DNA of 64,000 nucleotides, taken from the NCBI GenBank assembly GCA_017882305.1, contig JADGPU010000002.1, positions 1,022 through 65,021 of the forward strand, read 5' to 3'. Below are positions 16,916-26,271 of this stretch, in pieces (within the stretch, counting starts at the first letter, position 1; every line of letters begins with the position of its first letter). The translations under genes were made by a program, and so were the position numbers. The notes below the pieces were generated by a model. It made no database searches. It was not told the DNA's origin and saw only the letters and a program-made list of their open reading frames with translations. This stretch comes from Bacteroidales bacterium. Lineage in GTDB: Bacteria; Bacteroidota; Bacteroidia; Bacteroidales; VadinHA17.

Positions 16916-19009
16916 TTATTCTTTTATCACCTTAATAGATTTCCTAAAATCCCTGTTATAAACTTCGACAATATAAACACCTTTGGCCATGGTGCTAATA
17001 TTGATAATGGTCTGGTAACGTCTATTTGTCAGTTCCCTGACTTTCTTGCCCATAGTGTTAAATATCTGAACATTATATAGTGCATCCGTGCTGAGTGCGA
17101 TTGTGAATTCTTCGCTGGTAAAAGAAGGCCACAAAAATACTTCAGGATCGGCTGAAAAATTTGCTTTTTTTACATAAACATATATCGTATCGCTTATTTC
17201 AACTCCGCAAGTACCTGAAACGGTAGTTCTGTAAAGTCCAATATCGGTAGCATTCAGTTCTGCCAATAACAAACTTGAAGTATTACTATTATCGATCACA
17301 TTACCGTCTTTTTGCCATTGATACACCAGGTTATGGCCATCTGCATTAACTTCCAGTGTAACATCATTCCCAAAAGGCACCTCGACATTTGGAGAAATAT
17401 AGGTTATGTTGGTCACCGGGTAAACTGTCAGTTTTATAATGTTGGATAGTACTGTCCCGCAAGAACCGGTTATTTCGCAATTATAATTACCGGAATCATC
17501 GATTGTTGCTGTCGAAAAACTCAATTTAGATGAGGTGCCTGATTGAATAACATGACCATTCTTAAACCATTTGTAATTAAGATTATATCCTTGTGTATTT
17601 ACATTAAGAGTAACCGGTCGTTTTGCACATATAATAGTATCACCTGATTGGCTGAGTAGTTTGGTATTAAGGACTACATTACCATCAAGCCTTGACCAAT
17701 CTGAAACCTTATTATTAACAGTAATCCTTACAATTACATTTACAGGTCCTGTATAACTAATATTCCAGAGCACAGAAGCATTACCGTCACTCCCTGAAAT
17801 AACACCGGCAGATGCTGGCAGGAGGTTCCATTCATAATTAGTGGCTCCTGTAATGGTTCCTATTGAATACTGGCTTGATTTCGTTCCCTGGCAAATTATT
17901 GAATCACCAACCGGAGAAGGAGGTTTAAAATTATAAACTATACCGGTTTTTGTCTGAATCCATGCTTCAAAATCAGAGGCTCGTGTATAAGCTCCGTAAG
18001 TGTTGCAATTTGAACTACCCCAACTTACAATTCCTGCTAGTTTATACTCCCCTAGTATAGGAACCACCAGGGGCCCGCCACTATCCCCATTACAGGCATC
18101 TTTATTTCCGTTAAGATAGCCTGCCATGAGATCAGTAGCCTGGATGTTACTCCAGACTGTAGAAGCCTGAGCATTGGAAATAATTGGTAGCTGTACTTTC
18201 TGAAGTACAGATGGTGATACATCAGGATTGACATGGGTCAACCCCCATCCTGTTACCCATGACATAACCCCTGGATTAATTGCTCCCTCGGCAACATCAT
18301 CAGATGTTACTATTTTTATTGGTACTGCATTTGGATAATTTATTGAATCTGTAAGTTTTAACAGTGCAATATCGTTTAAAAGGGTTTGACTATCGAATCC
18401 TTCATTAACTATTGCTTGGCTTACAGAATATGTTTTCCCTTCAAGAGCATTTGATGGATTATTTGCTCCGACTTTTACAGACATTTCAGATGCAGGGGTT
18501 GCCCCCCCTATGCTGTTTTTAGTACAATGCGCAGCCGTGACTACCCATTTTCCGCTGAGTATTGAACCACCGCACCTGAAATTGCCGGAAATATAATAAA
18601 CCTGCCATGGAAAATCGGAAATAACTGCATTAGTGCCACCTGTAATCTTCGCATCGATGGATCGTATTCCTGTGAAAAATGGAAATAAATGATCACCTTT
18701 TCCTATATCTGATTTTATAAACAAGATAGGTTCTCCATTCATACGAAGTGTACATAAGCTTATCTCAGGATTAGTATTCTCAGAAACAGAGATCTTTAGA
18801 AAATAGCGCTTGTTTGCATCAAGACTAAATGTAACAGTATCATTTTGCAGATATTCAATTCCTGAAAAGACTGTTATATTCTGATCATCAATAATTTGCC
18901 AGGAAGTCAAGCCTGAGTGCTTTGGCTGTAATACCTGTATAGTCACCTTCTGTGCCAGGACAGAGAATGAGATCAGATATAAAAGGGAAATGAATAAAAA
19001 CCTTTTCAT
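16916..19009 (-). CDS. S1A (trypsin/chymotrypsin-type) serine protease with Ig-like domains and T9SS C-terminal sorting domain
   Basis: The ORF track gives 16916-19066. The start is placed at MKRFLFISLLYLISFSVLAQ (signal peptide). The catalytic triad blocks are WVVTAAHC, NDIALLKL and GDSGGPL. Two Ig-like repeats carry D.G.Y.C-type motifs (DDSGNYNCEITGSCG, TDIGLYRTTVSGTCG). The C-terminal ~80 aa (KGVYIVEVYNRDFRKSIKVIKE) are typical of a T9SS CTD. Confidence 0.85.
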   Translation of the reverse strand: MKRFLFISLLYLISFSVLAQKVTIQVLQPKHSGLTSWQIIDDQNITVFSGIEYLQNDTVTFSLDANKRYFLKISVSENTNPEISLCTLRMNGEPILFIKSDIGKGDHLFPFFTGIRSIDAKITGGTNAVISDFPWQVYYISGNFRCGGSILSGKWVVTAAHCTKNSIGGATPASEMSVKVGANNPSNALEGKTYSVSQAIVNEGFDSQTLLNDIALLKLTDSINYPNAVPIKIVTSDDVAEGAINPGVMSWVTGWGLTHVNPDVSPSVLQKVQLPIISNAQASTVWSNIQATDLMAGYLNGNKDACNGDSGGPLVVPILGEYKLAGIVSWGSSNCNTYGAYTRASDFEAWIQTKTGIVYNFKPPSPVGDSIICQGTKSSQYSIGTITGATNYEWNLLPASAGVISGSDGNASVLWNISYTGPVNVIVRITVNNKVSDWSRLDGNVVLNTKLLSQSGDTIICAKRPVTLNVNTQGYNLNYKWFKNGHVIQSGTSSKLSFSTATIDDSGNYNCEITGSCGTVLSNIIKLTVYPVTNITYISPNVEVPFGNDVTLEVNADGHNLVYQWQKDGNVIDNSNTSSLLLAELNATDIGLYRTTVSGTCGVEISDTIYVYVKKANFSADPEVFLWPSFTSEEFTIALSTDALYNVQIFNTMGKKVRELTNRRYQTIINISTMAKGVYIVEVYNRDFRKSIKVIKE

Positions 19010-19142
19010 GTTCAAATATAATCTATGCCAGAGATATAATGAGAAATATTCTCCATCCGTAAGCACTTCAATTTTATCAGTAGATTAAAATAATAATCTT
19101 ATCCTTTAGAACAGACAAGCAAAGCAGATGTTTTGTTCCCTG

Positions 19143-19559
19143 TTATCTGATGCCGGTATCTATATTTACGTCCAGTAAAGTTTTATCCTGCGAAGTAATT
19201 GAAACTGCCACTGGCAGATTGCTCCCACCGATATTATTCTGCGCTTTTTCTAAGACAACCAGGTAATCCCCGGACGGAAGCTCACTGATGTAAGAGCCAT
19301 CCAATGAGGGCTTAAGCTGTGTTATTTTAATCTTTCCGTCAGAAGTAAATACACTTACCGGATATGCTTTATAAGTTTCGGCAGTTGGCAGACATGCAGG
19401 ATCAGGAGGAACTTTCTCAACAGGACAAATTGGACCTATAGAAATGGTTCCTTCAAGGAAACCCGTAGCAAGAGTCTTATTCTTATCGCAACCTGAAATC
19501 AAAACTATCCCCGTGAGGAATATAATACTGAAAATCTCAGTATAAGCATGCTTTTTCAT
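19143..19559 (-). CDS. hypothetical lipoprotein
   Basis: 138-aa ORF with a lipobox (VLISGC). No other motif was recognised. Confidence 0.55.
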   Translation of the reverse strand: MKKHAYTEIFSIIFLTGIVLISGCDKNKTLATGFLEGTISIGPICPVEKVPPDPACLPTAETYKAYPVSVFTSDGKIKITQLKPSLDGSYISELPSGDYLVVLEKAQNNIGGSNLPVAVSITSQDKTLLDVNIDTGIR

Positions 19560-19618
19560 AGTTAATTATTCTGGTCAATAAGTATTTCCTCAATTATTAT
19601 GCCAGAGTCCTAATGTTT

Positions 19619-20083
19619 TTACTTTGCATTTTCCAATGCCTCCTTTACCGATGCCCTGAAGATATTATATGACCAGGTAGCTCCTGATATTGCGTCAATT
19701 TTGTTAATGTCCTGTCTTTCGGATAATTTTTTCGGATATGTCTGAACACCTTTCCAGTCATTCCTGCTTTGTTGAATATATTCTGCATTCCCCTCAAAGT
19801 GCTTTTCATATTCTGCATTGAAAGTTTCATGCAGGCTCGAATCTCTTATAATAAAATTAATATCAGTAAATAATCCGTTCTTAAGTGTGAAATGTACGCA
19901 ACCCCAGAAAGGTTCGAACTTATATGTTGCCCGTGATATCCCCTCGTATATACCATCTTTATAACTGACTGAGGTATCTTGTACGGCTTTTCCCGGTACC
20001 TTAAGATCCTGAGCATAAATTGAAGTTGAAAAGACTATACTAAACATTAGAACAATCAGAAAGTGGATATCAGGCTTTTTCAT
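19619..20083 (-). CDS. FMN-binding domain protein, secreted
   Basis: 154-aa ORF with a signal peptide. The C-terminal AISGATWSYNIFRASVKEAL matches the FMN_bind (SGAT) motif. Confidence 0.65.
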   Translation of the reverse strand: MKKPDIHFLIVLMFSIVFSTSIYAQDLKVPGKAVQDTSVSYKDGIYEGISRATYKFEPFWGCVHFTLKNGLFTDINFIIRDSSLHETFNAEYEKHFEGNAEYIQQSRNDWKGVQTYPKKLSERQDINKIDAISGATWSYNIFRASVKEALENAK

Positions 20084-20185
20084 CTATAAAAAAAATAAGT
20101 GAAATAAGTGGATTCATTTAATATACAAAATCAATAAATAGGACCGTATGACAACTCTTTTCCCCTGTCGTATGATAAACAATTA

Positions 20186-20216
20186 AAGAAAAAGAACCGG
20201 CATTTGAACCGGTTCT
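20186..20216 (-). terminator. rho-independent terminator of the TIM-barrel gene 20245-21150
   Basis: On the minus strand, the hairpin agaaccgg-tcaaatg-ccggttct is followed by a T-rich run (ctttttctttaa). It lies ~30 nt after the stop. Confidence 0.6.
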
Positions 20217-20244
20217 GTATGTTTCAATTCTGAAATAATAAGGA

Positions 20245-21150
20245 TTAATAGCCCCATTTTTTCATCGCGGCAAGGTCGTCTTTAACACAATCCATTGGGC
20301 TTTCGTTCTGATAGGCCTCCTGTTCAATGATCATTAACCATGCCCCATTTTCTACGGCAAGTGCCAAAACGTCTTTAACATCGAGAACACCTTTCCCAAG
20401 AATTGTACTGTCATGGCTGTTATCTTTGTTCTTCTCTTTCAATACATCTTTAACGTGCAGGGAGACGAATCGTCCAGGGTATTCTTTTATAACATCCATC
20501 GGGTTGGTGCCTGCCGCATTGTACAAATTGGCAATATCAAACTGCTGAATGGTTAATTTCGGATCCGAATGCTTCATGATAATATCATATAATTTCATAT
20601 TATTCAGGATGGCATTTTCGTTGAAATCATCGTGGTATCCGAATTTCATTCCATATTTCTGGCAAAGTTCCCCGCATTTGTTCCAGAGGTCAATCACTTT
20701 TAAAAGTGTATCATAATCCTTCTGGGCATTTTCGGCCAGTTCGGGAGTGATAACAAATTTCTGCCCCATAAAGGCGGCATCTTCCACTGTATGTTTCCAG
20801 GTATCCGTAAAATCCTTTTTTGAAGCATCCCAGGCCTGCATCCCGAAATCGACATGACCGCTATACATCTTCAGATCCAGGTCTTCCAGTATTTTTTTAA
20901 ATTCTGAAGGCACAAAACCGTAAAATTTCCCATCAGCGTAACCGGCATGTTCAACCACCTTATAACCCATATCGGCTAATTTCTTCAGCGATCCTTTTGG
21001 ATCACTTTTCATATCATCGCGTACAGAATACAACTGTAACCCAACTATTCCCTTTTGAGCACCGGAAGCAAAAGCTAAGCGTGGAAGAATCGCTGCGCCA
21101 AGAGCTACCATGGCACCCGATTTTAAGAATGTTCTTCTTGAAGTTTTCAT
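20245..21150 (-). CDS. sugar phosphate isomerase/epimerase-like TIM-barrel protein with Tat signal
   Basis: 301-aa ORF. The N-terminus MKTSRRTFLKSGAMVALGAA is a twin-arginine signal. It shows a xylose-isomerase-like TIM-barrel pattern. Confidence 0.75.
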   Translation of the reverse strand: MKTSRRTFLKSGAMVALGAAILPRLAFASGAQKGIVGLQLYSVRDDMKSDPKGSLKKLADMGYKVVEHAGYADGKFYGFVPSEFKKILEDLDLKMYSGHVDFGMQAWDASKKDFTDTWKHTVEDAAFMGQKFVITPELAENAQKDYDTLLKVIDLWNKCGELCQKYGMKFGYHDDFNENAILNNMKLYDIIMKHSDPKLTIQQFDIANLYNAAGTNPMDVIKEYPGRFVSLHVKDVLKEKNKDNSHDSTILGKGVLDVKDVLALAVENGAWLMIIEQEAYQNESPMDCVKDDLAAMKKWGY

Positions 21151-21267
21151 TGATATGAGTTATTAATTTTAAATAAAGGTAAATTTAATCATGATTAGTT
21201 ACTGATAAAGTTATAAAATCAGATAAACAAAACAAATAAATCCTGACAATTGCAATTGCCGGTTTTA

Positions 21268-24159
21268 TTAATTAGATAAATTCTTCACCCCTCCGATTTT
21301 CTTTTCTGATATTTTTGTTTTGAATAACGCAACAAGTTCCCCTGGACTCAGCGCCTGCGAAGGATTGAATCTATCAGACGACATGTATTTGAGAATTGTG
21401 CTAAATAACTGTCTGCCTTCGGGTTTATTCTTTATTGCTTTAAGGTCAGACATGCATACCAGCAATTTCCCCTTTCCTACTGCGAATTCAAAGATTAAAC
21501 CCAGTTTATGATTCCTTTCAATATTATCAATCACCTGTACAAGAGGGCGATAATTTTTCGGCGCATTATCCAGGATAAACGGGCGGCTGTTTTTAACAAT
21601 AGGCCACCACTGCCAGTTTGTATGAAATTCAGTAGGAAAATCAATGAATAAAGGAAGATCAGGATTTGTTAGAATTGACATGGTACCGGGCGATACGGGT
21701 TTATTATTTGATTCAGAGATGTTTCTAAACATCCTGAAATTCCAGTAATCGGGGGTAAACAATCCTCCGACTGAAAGATCTTTTACATCATTAAAATCGG
21801 GGAATAATAATACCATTGCGCCGTCAGTAAGTTTAGAAAGAGTGGTTTTATCCAGATTCTTTGATACAAGGATGTTAACGGGTACTTTTATATTTACATT
21901 AGAGGGGTAAACCCAGAGAGGATACGAGTTCTCATAATGTGTTCCTTCCAAAAAGATTCTAAAAGTCAGTTTTTCTGCCTTCGAAAACCTTAATAGATCA
22001 ATATTAATAGTTCCAACATTGGTCAATCCCCCTTGTAAAATATCAACTATTGCATCATTCTGGAAGACTATTTCACCCTTCCCGGTTTTAAGTTCCCATT
22101 TTACATGTTGAGCTTTTAATGAAGTTTCGGAGTAATTTGCTACCTCGATTTTTCCTATGAATTGTTCATTGCTTGTCCAGCAATATTTTTCCATAATAAC
22201 TAAAGGTACCACTCTGTTACAGAATTGACTGAATTCCTCAGGAGTCATAACACCTTTGCTATCCATAAATGCATCTAGAAGACCCACTAATGCAGTTCCC
22301 TGCCCAGGGAAATCCTGAAGATCGAGCAGGTGAAAACCCCCAAAGCCGGGAGTTCTCATTGCCATTTCAATATCAGCTTTATAACAGATTGCACTCAATG
22401 CCCCGGAAGCCCTGAAGAAATCCACAGCCTGATCGCTCATGTTATTCTCTATAAGTCGCTCCCTGAAGACTTCAAAATTCCAGGGTTTCATTACACCTGT
22501 ATATTTCTTTATCTCAGCATAATTGGGATAGATCTGATACTGGCCTACCTCGGTGCCGATAGACGGAACAGTACATTTTGAAATAGCACCTGAATAATTC
22601 CGATTTGTCGATGGATAGCGGCCATTAATATATCCACCATCGTTTGCATTGGCAAATGAGAATGAGCCCCGGATATGTGTGCTGTAAGTTGTATCAGTAT
22701 CGGCTCCGACGCGGCAGGCGGCATAATAATCCTCACCCTCAGCTTGCCCCTTGAAACCAAGATAATTATTTGATCCATAGGCCATTAAATGACGACTGTC
22801 AACCGATTTAAAATGATTCAAAAATTCTTTCATTACATCAAAATTGCCTGAAAGTTCATTCCCAAGTGCAAACATTACAAAAGATGCATGATTTCCATAA
22901 GTGTCAAGAATATTGTCACCCTCCTTAAGCAAAAAAGTATTCAGATTGGAATTCCTGTTTTTGCTGAATCCACCCCAGAAAGGCAATTCAGGCTGAAGAT
23001 AAATTCCTTCAATATCTGCAGCATTAAAAGCGGCCAGCGGCGGTGTCCAAGAATGGAAACGATAAAAATTGATATTGTACGATTTTACAATCCTGAAAAC
23101 TTTTTGCCAGCTTCCAACATCCATAGGAGGATAACCTGTCAATGGGAAAACACATGCATCATGTTTTCCGCGAAGAAATGTCTTTGTACCGTTTATTGTA
23201 AACTGTGTCCCCTGAGTGGAAAATTTTCGCATTCCAAAATCAAGGGTAGTATTATCCAGCACTTTGCTACCCTTCAGAGTAACGACCAGTTTGTATAAGG
23301 CTGGATTAAACTCACTCCAAAACCGGGTTTTACTTCCCATGGTGTAAGTAAGTTCAATTGTATTTTCACCTTTCCTGAGCGTAACAGGAAATGATTTTGA
23401 TGGAACACGATGTTTTGCATCGGTATTCCAGGCATCAGCTTTCAGTATCAGGTCGGTTTTTTCAGCACTTCCTTCAGGATTAGCTATTCTAACCCTTACT
23501 GTGATTTTCTTCAGGACAATATCTGGATAAACCTGAACCGATTCAATATGAACCGGATTATACGCTTCGAGACAAAATTTACCGATAATCCCATTCCAGT
23601 TGCTTTGCGTGTGCTCAGTCCAGGCGTGGGAACCTGTTACTCCTCCCGGAACAGAATTATTCTCATTATTTACCAGAATAGTCAGTACATGTTTCCCGGG
23701 AGTCAGATGGTCTGTAAGATTGAAGTACTGTGGCGTAAGTATATCATTGCTGCTACCGATGAGATTATTGTCAACCCAAACTTGTGTCGGTTTAGTCCTC
23801 TCCATCATTAACCTGATAAAATGACCTTTCCAGTTTTCCGGGATACTGACAGTCTTTTGGTACCATGCCATTCCGGCGTACATTAGTTCACGTGAAAGCC
23901 TCATAGTTTCCTTCCTGTTGGTATTTGGAATCCCCCTTTTGTTTTCATCGAGTGTTCCGGGTAATTTAACCGAATCGGAAAGAGTCCGGCTGTACCACTT
24001 TTCAGCGATGCCAACTTTGGTTGTATCTAATGCGAACTTCCATGAACCGTTAAGATTTATTGTATTGTGAACGGGAACAAATGACCCTCCATTGCAGGAT
24101 GCCACTGCTAACACTATTGCTATTAAGACATATTTAATTTTATGAGACATGGAAGCCAA
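21268..24159 (-). CDS. glycoside hydrolase family 2-like enzyme (lipoprotein)
   Basis: 963-aa ORF with lipobox LAVASC. It has the GH2 N-terminal sugar-binding pattern (INLNGSWKF...). The TIM-barrel part reads FTINGTKTFLRGKHD...NFYRFHSWTPP, and ALGNELSG is the acid/base region. Confidence 0.75.
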   Translation of the reverse strand: MASMSHKIKYVLIAIVLAVASCNGGSFVPVHNTINLNGSWKFALDTTKVGIAEKWYSRTLSDSVKLPGTLDENKRGIPNTNRKETMRLSRELMYAGMAWYQKTVSIPENWKGHFIRLMMERTKPTQVWVDNNLIGSSNDILTPQYFNLTDHLTPGKHVLTILVNNENNSVPGGVTGSHAWTEHTQSNWNGIIGKFCLEAYNPVHIESVQVYPDIVLKKITVRVRIANPEGSAEKTDLILKADAWNTDAKHRVPSKSFPVTLRKGENTIELTYTMGSKTRFWSEFNPALYKLVVTLKGSKVLDNTTLDFGMRKFSTQGTQFTINGTKTFLRGKHDACVFPLTGYPPMDVGSWQKVFRIVKSYNINFYRFHSWTPPLAAFNAADIEGIYLQPELPFWGGFSKNRNSNLNTFLLKEGDNILDTYGNHASFVMFALGNELSGNFDVMKEFLNHFKSVDSRHLMAYGSNNYLGFKGQAEGEDYYAACRVGADTDTTYSTHIRGSFSFANANDGGYINGRYPSTNRNYSGAISKCTVPSIGTEVGQYQIYPNYAEIKKYTGVMKPWNFEVFRERLIENNMSDQAVDFFRASGALSAICYKADIEMAMRTPGFGGFHLLDLQDFPGQGTALVGLLDAFMDSKGVMTPEEFSQFCNRVVPLVIMEKYCWTSNEQFIGKIEVANYSETSLKAQHVKWELKTGKGEIVFQNDAIVDILQGGLTNVGTINIDLLRFSKAEKLTFRIFLEGTHYENSYPLWVYPSNVNIKVPVNILVSKNLDKTTLSKLTDGAMVLLFPDFNDVKDLSVGGLFTPDYWNFRMFRNISESNNKPVSPGTMSILTNPDLPLFIDFPTEFHTNWQWWPIVKNSRPFILDNAPKNYRPLVQVIDNIERNHKLGLIFEFAVGKGKLLVCMSDLKAIKNKPEGRQLFSTILKYMSSDRFNPSQALSPGELVALFKTKISEKKIGGVKNLSN

Positions 24160-24186
24160 TTTTGGATTATAAACGTCAATATTATT

Positions 24187-24948
24187 TCATTCATACATAT
24201 TATCAAGATCTGCCATTGATAACTCTGTCATAAGATTTCCAATCTTATTAATGACCTCTTTAAAACATTTTTCTCCTTTTTCCGGGGTTGCTTTATGTGG
24301 ACTGCCAATTCCGGTATCAACTGTGACCTTCGACCATTTTCGTTCAGCCCAGGCCCAGTTTTCGTTTAAGGCTTTTATTCTGAATTTTTTACCAATGCCA
24401 TCTCCTGCTTCATTTAATGGCAAAACTAATTCAGGCGCAATGAATTGCATGACACTCGTTTCCATTTCATCAGCATGACCTCCGCTATTTTCAAAAAAAT
24501 CTGAATTTGCAAACGACTGATACCAGTTGCATCCACAGATAAACATTTTGGGATATTTAGCCCCCAGTTCTCTGATTATCTGTTTAAAATCATTACCTCC
24601 ATGCCCGTTCAGTATCAAAAACTTGTAAATTTCATGTCTGTTAAGGACGTCCGTCAGGTCATTTAAAATCGCGAACTGAGTACTGGGATTCAGATTAATA
24701 TTTAATTTAATATCCAGCTGTCCGGTATTGACACCAAATGGAATTGTCGGCAGGACAATTACTCCGGAGCCATTATTCCAGGCTACCTGAGCTGATTCCA
24801 TTGCAATTTTCTCAACCATTATATTATCAGTAGCAAATGGTAAATGATAATTATGCGCTTCAGTTGCACCCCAGGGCAAAACAGCCAGGTCGATTTTTTT
24901 GTCTTTTAATGTCTTCCAGTTCGTCTCGGATAATACAAATGGTTTCAT
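24187..24948 (-). CDS. creatininase (creatinine amidohydrolase) family protein
   Basis: The 253-aa ORF has LPWGATEAHNYHLPFATD and LNGHGGN, the characteristic metal-binding blocks of the family. Confidence 0.8.
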   Translation of the reverse strand: MKPFVLSETNWKTLKDKKIDLAVLPWGATEAHNYHLPFATDNIMVEKIAMESAQVAWNNGSGVIVLPTIPFGVNTGQLDIKLNINLNPSTQFAILNDLTDVLNRHEIYKFLILNGHGGNDFKQIIRELGAKYPKMFICGCNWYQSFANSDFFENSGGHADEMETSVMQFIAPELVLPLNEAGDGIGKKFRIKALNENWAWAERKWSKVTVDTGIGSPHKATPEKGEKCFKEVINKIGNLMTELSMADLDNMYE

Positions 24949-24972
24949 GCTTTAAAAATATTTGTTGTTTTC

Positions 24973-25016
24973 CACCACAAAGGCATACAAAGGTTATCAC
25001 GAAGACTCACAAAGGG
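24973..25016. repeat. short-period word repeat (ACAAAGG-type words every ~11 nt)
   Basis: caccacaaaggcatacaaaggttatcacgaagactcacaaaggg lies in the spacer upstream of the creatininase-family gene. It has the same architecture as the CACAGAG element at 53455-53561. Confidence 0.6.
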
Positions 25017-25129
25017 TTTTTTAAATGCCCCCGATACTCCGGAAGACGAAAATAGTAAATTATATCACATTCTGGAAATGATTGGCCCTTATGCGATGGA
25101 TTCATAATGAGCAGTTATCCGACTTCAGG

Positions 25130-25441
25130 TTATTTCTTTGACTTGGTCAGCTTTTTTATCTCTTTATCTTTTTGGGCTGACTCTTCTTCAAGTCTGCCGA
25201 TTTTATCATTAAGCTTCTCAACTTTGGCAGTAAGTTTATCTATTTCGTCCTTCAAACCTGCAACCTGCCTGATTAATTGGGCTTTATCAGCTTCAAGACC
25301 TTTTATTACCGGAGTATAAACCGACTTTGCATAGAACCATGCAGTAAAATATCCGATTATTACCGCAACAAGGAGCAATGCGACTATGGTTATTACGGCT
25401 CCTGTTACAGTCTGGGTGAGTTGTATAAATAATAGTGTCAT
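25130..25441 (-). CDS. small membrane protein with C-terminal coiled coil
   Basis: The ORF track gives 25130-25528. The start is placed at MTLLFIQLTQTVTGAVITIVALLLVAVIIGYFTAWFY (two hydrophobic stretches). Its ATG then sits immediately after the stop of the upstream OmpA-family gene (TAACATG). The tail is heptad-like (DKAQLIRQVAGLKDEIDKLTAKVEKLNDKIGRLEEE). Confidence 0.5.
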   Translation of the reverse strand: MTLLFIQLTQTVTGAVITIVALLLVAVIIGYFTAWFYAKSVYTPVIKGLEADKAQLIRQVAGLKDEIDKLTAKVEKLNDKIGRLEEESAQKDKEIKKLTKSKK

Positions 25442-25442
25442 G

Positions 25443-25988
25443 TTATTGCATTTTAATTGATATTTCTGTTCTTCTGTTTTTTGCTCTCCCCTCTTTGGTG
25501 AGATAATCTGCGGAAGGGTTACTTTCACCTTGCGATTCCGTTATAATCCTCTTTGAGCTTATACCCTTAGACTCAAGGTACTTTCCTACTGCCAAAGCTC
25601 TTTTCAACCCAAGAGCTTTATTATATTCGGTTGTTCCCACGAGATCGGTATTTCCGGTAACGGAAAGCATCGATCCGGTATATTTGTCGAGCCATACTTT
25701 AAACGCAGCAATGTTGTTGTCGGTTTGCAGATCAGTTTTGAATTTTGTGTCATTAAATTCAAAATAGATCAGAAGGATTTCAGGCATCGATGCTTTAAGT
25801 TTCATTAAAGAATCTGCCTCATTAGATTGTGATTCAGGAATTGTCTGTACCGTGACCGGTTTTTTCATAGCAGGTAAAAGCTTATCATTATAAAGCCAGG
25901 CGGAAATAAAACACCAGATCACGAATATGACAAATCCGGTAATAAGGATTCTCATTTTAAGATTAGTTAAATTATAAAGATCAGCCAA
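25443..25988 (-). CDS. OmpA/MotB-family protein (N-terminal TM helix + peptidoglycan-binding OmpA-like domain)
   Basis: 181-aa ORF. An alternative start at MRILITGF would be at 25955. The OmpA-like block is TGNTDLVGTTEYNKALGLKRALAVGKYL...NRRTEISI. Confidence 0.8.
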   Translation of the reverse strand: MADLYNLTNLKMRILITGFVIFVIWCFISAWLYNDKLLPAMKKPVTVQTIPESQSNEADSLMKLKASMPEILLIYFEFNDTKFKTDLQTDNNIAAFKVWLDKYTGSMLSVTGNTDLVGTTEYNKALGLKRALAVGKYLESKGISSKRIITESQGESNPSADYLTKEGRAKNRRTEISIKMQ

Positions 25989-26271
25989 TTGTCCCTACAA
26001 GTTATAAAATAATTACAAAACAGAGACCATTGAAAATGTATTAATTTCTTAAGTCCATGATTTTAATTATATAATGAATATTGGTTCAGGAAAGCTAATG
26101 GCTTGAAAGGTACTTGCGGGCAGGAGTAAGAAACAATATTCTTTTAAAAATATAAGCTAATAATTAATAAGTTATTTTATAAATAAATTCAAATTTTAAT
26201 ATTATAAGAACCGTTATCTTTACACAGTTTGATAATATCTGATATTTTCCTGAACTAATAAATAATAAGAT

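Noticed and set aside
22888-23811. Two longish plus-strand ORFs (136 and 133 aa) inside the GH2 gene.
   Set aside because: They are antisense shadows of a well-supported 963-aa gene and show no motifs or signal.
24837-25055. 72-aa plus-strand ORF ending in …THKGFFKCPRYSGRRK.
   Set aside because: It runs antisense to the creatininase-family gene start and then through the ACAAAGG word array, so it is a repeat-translation artefact.
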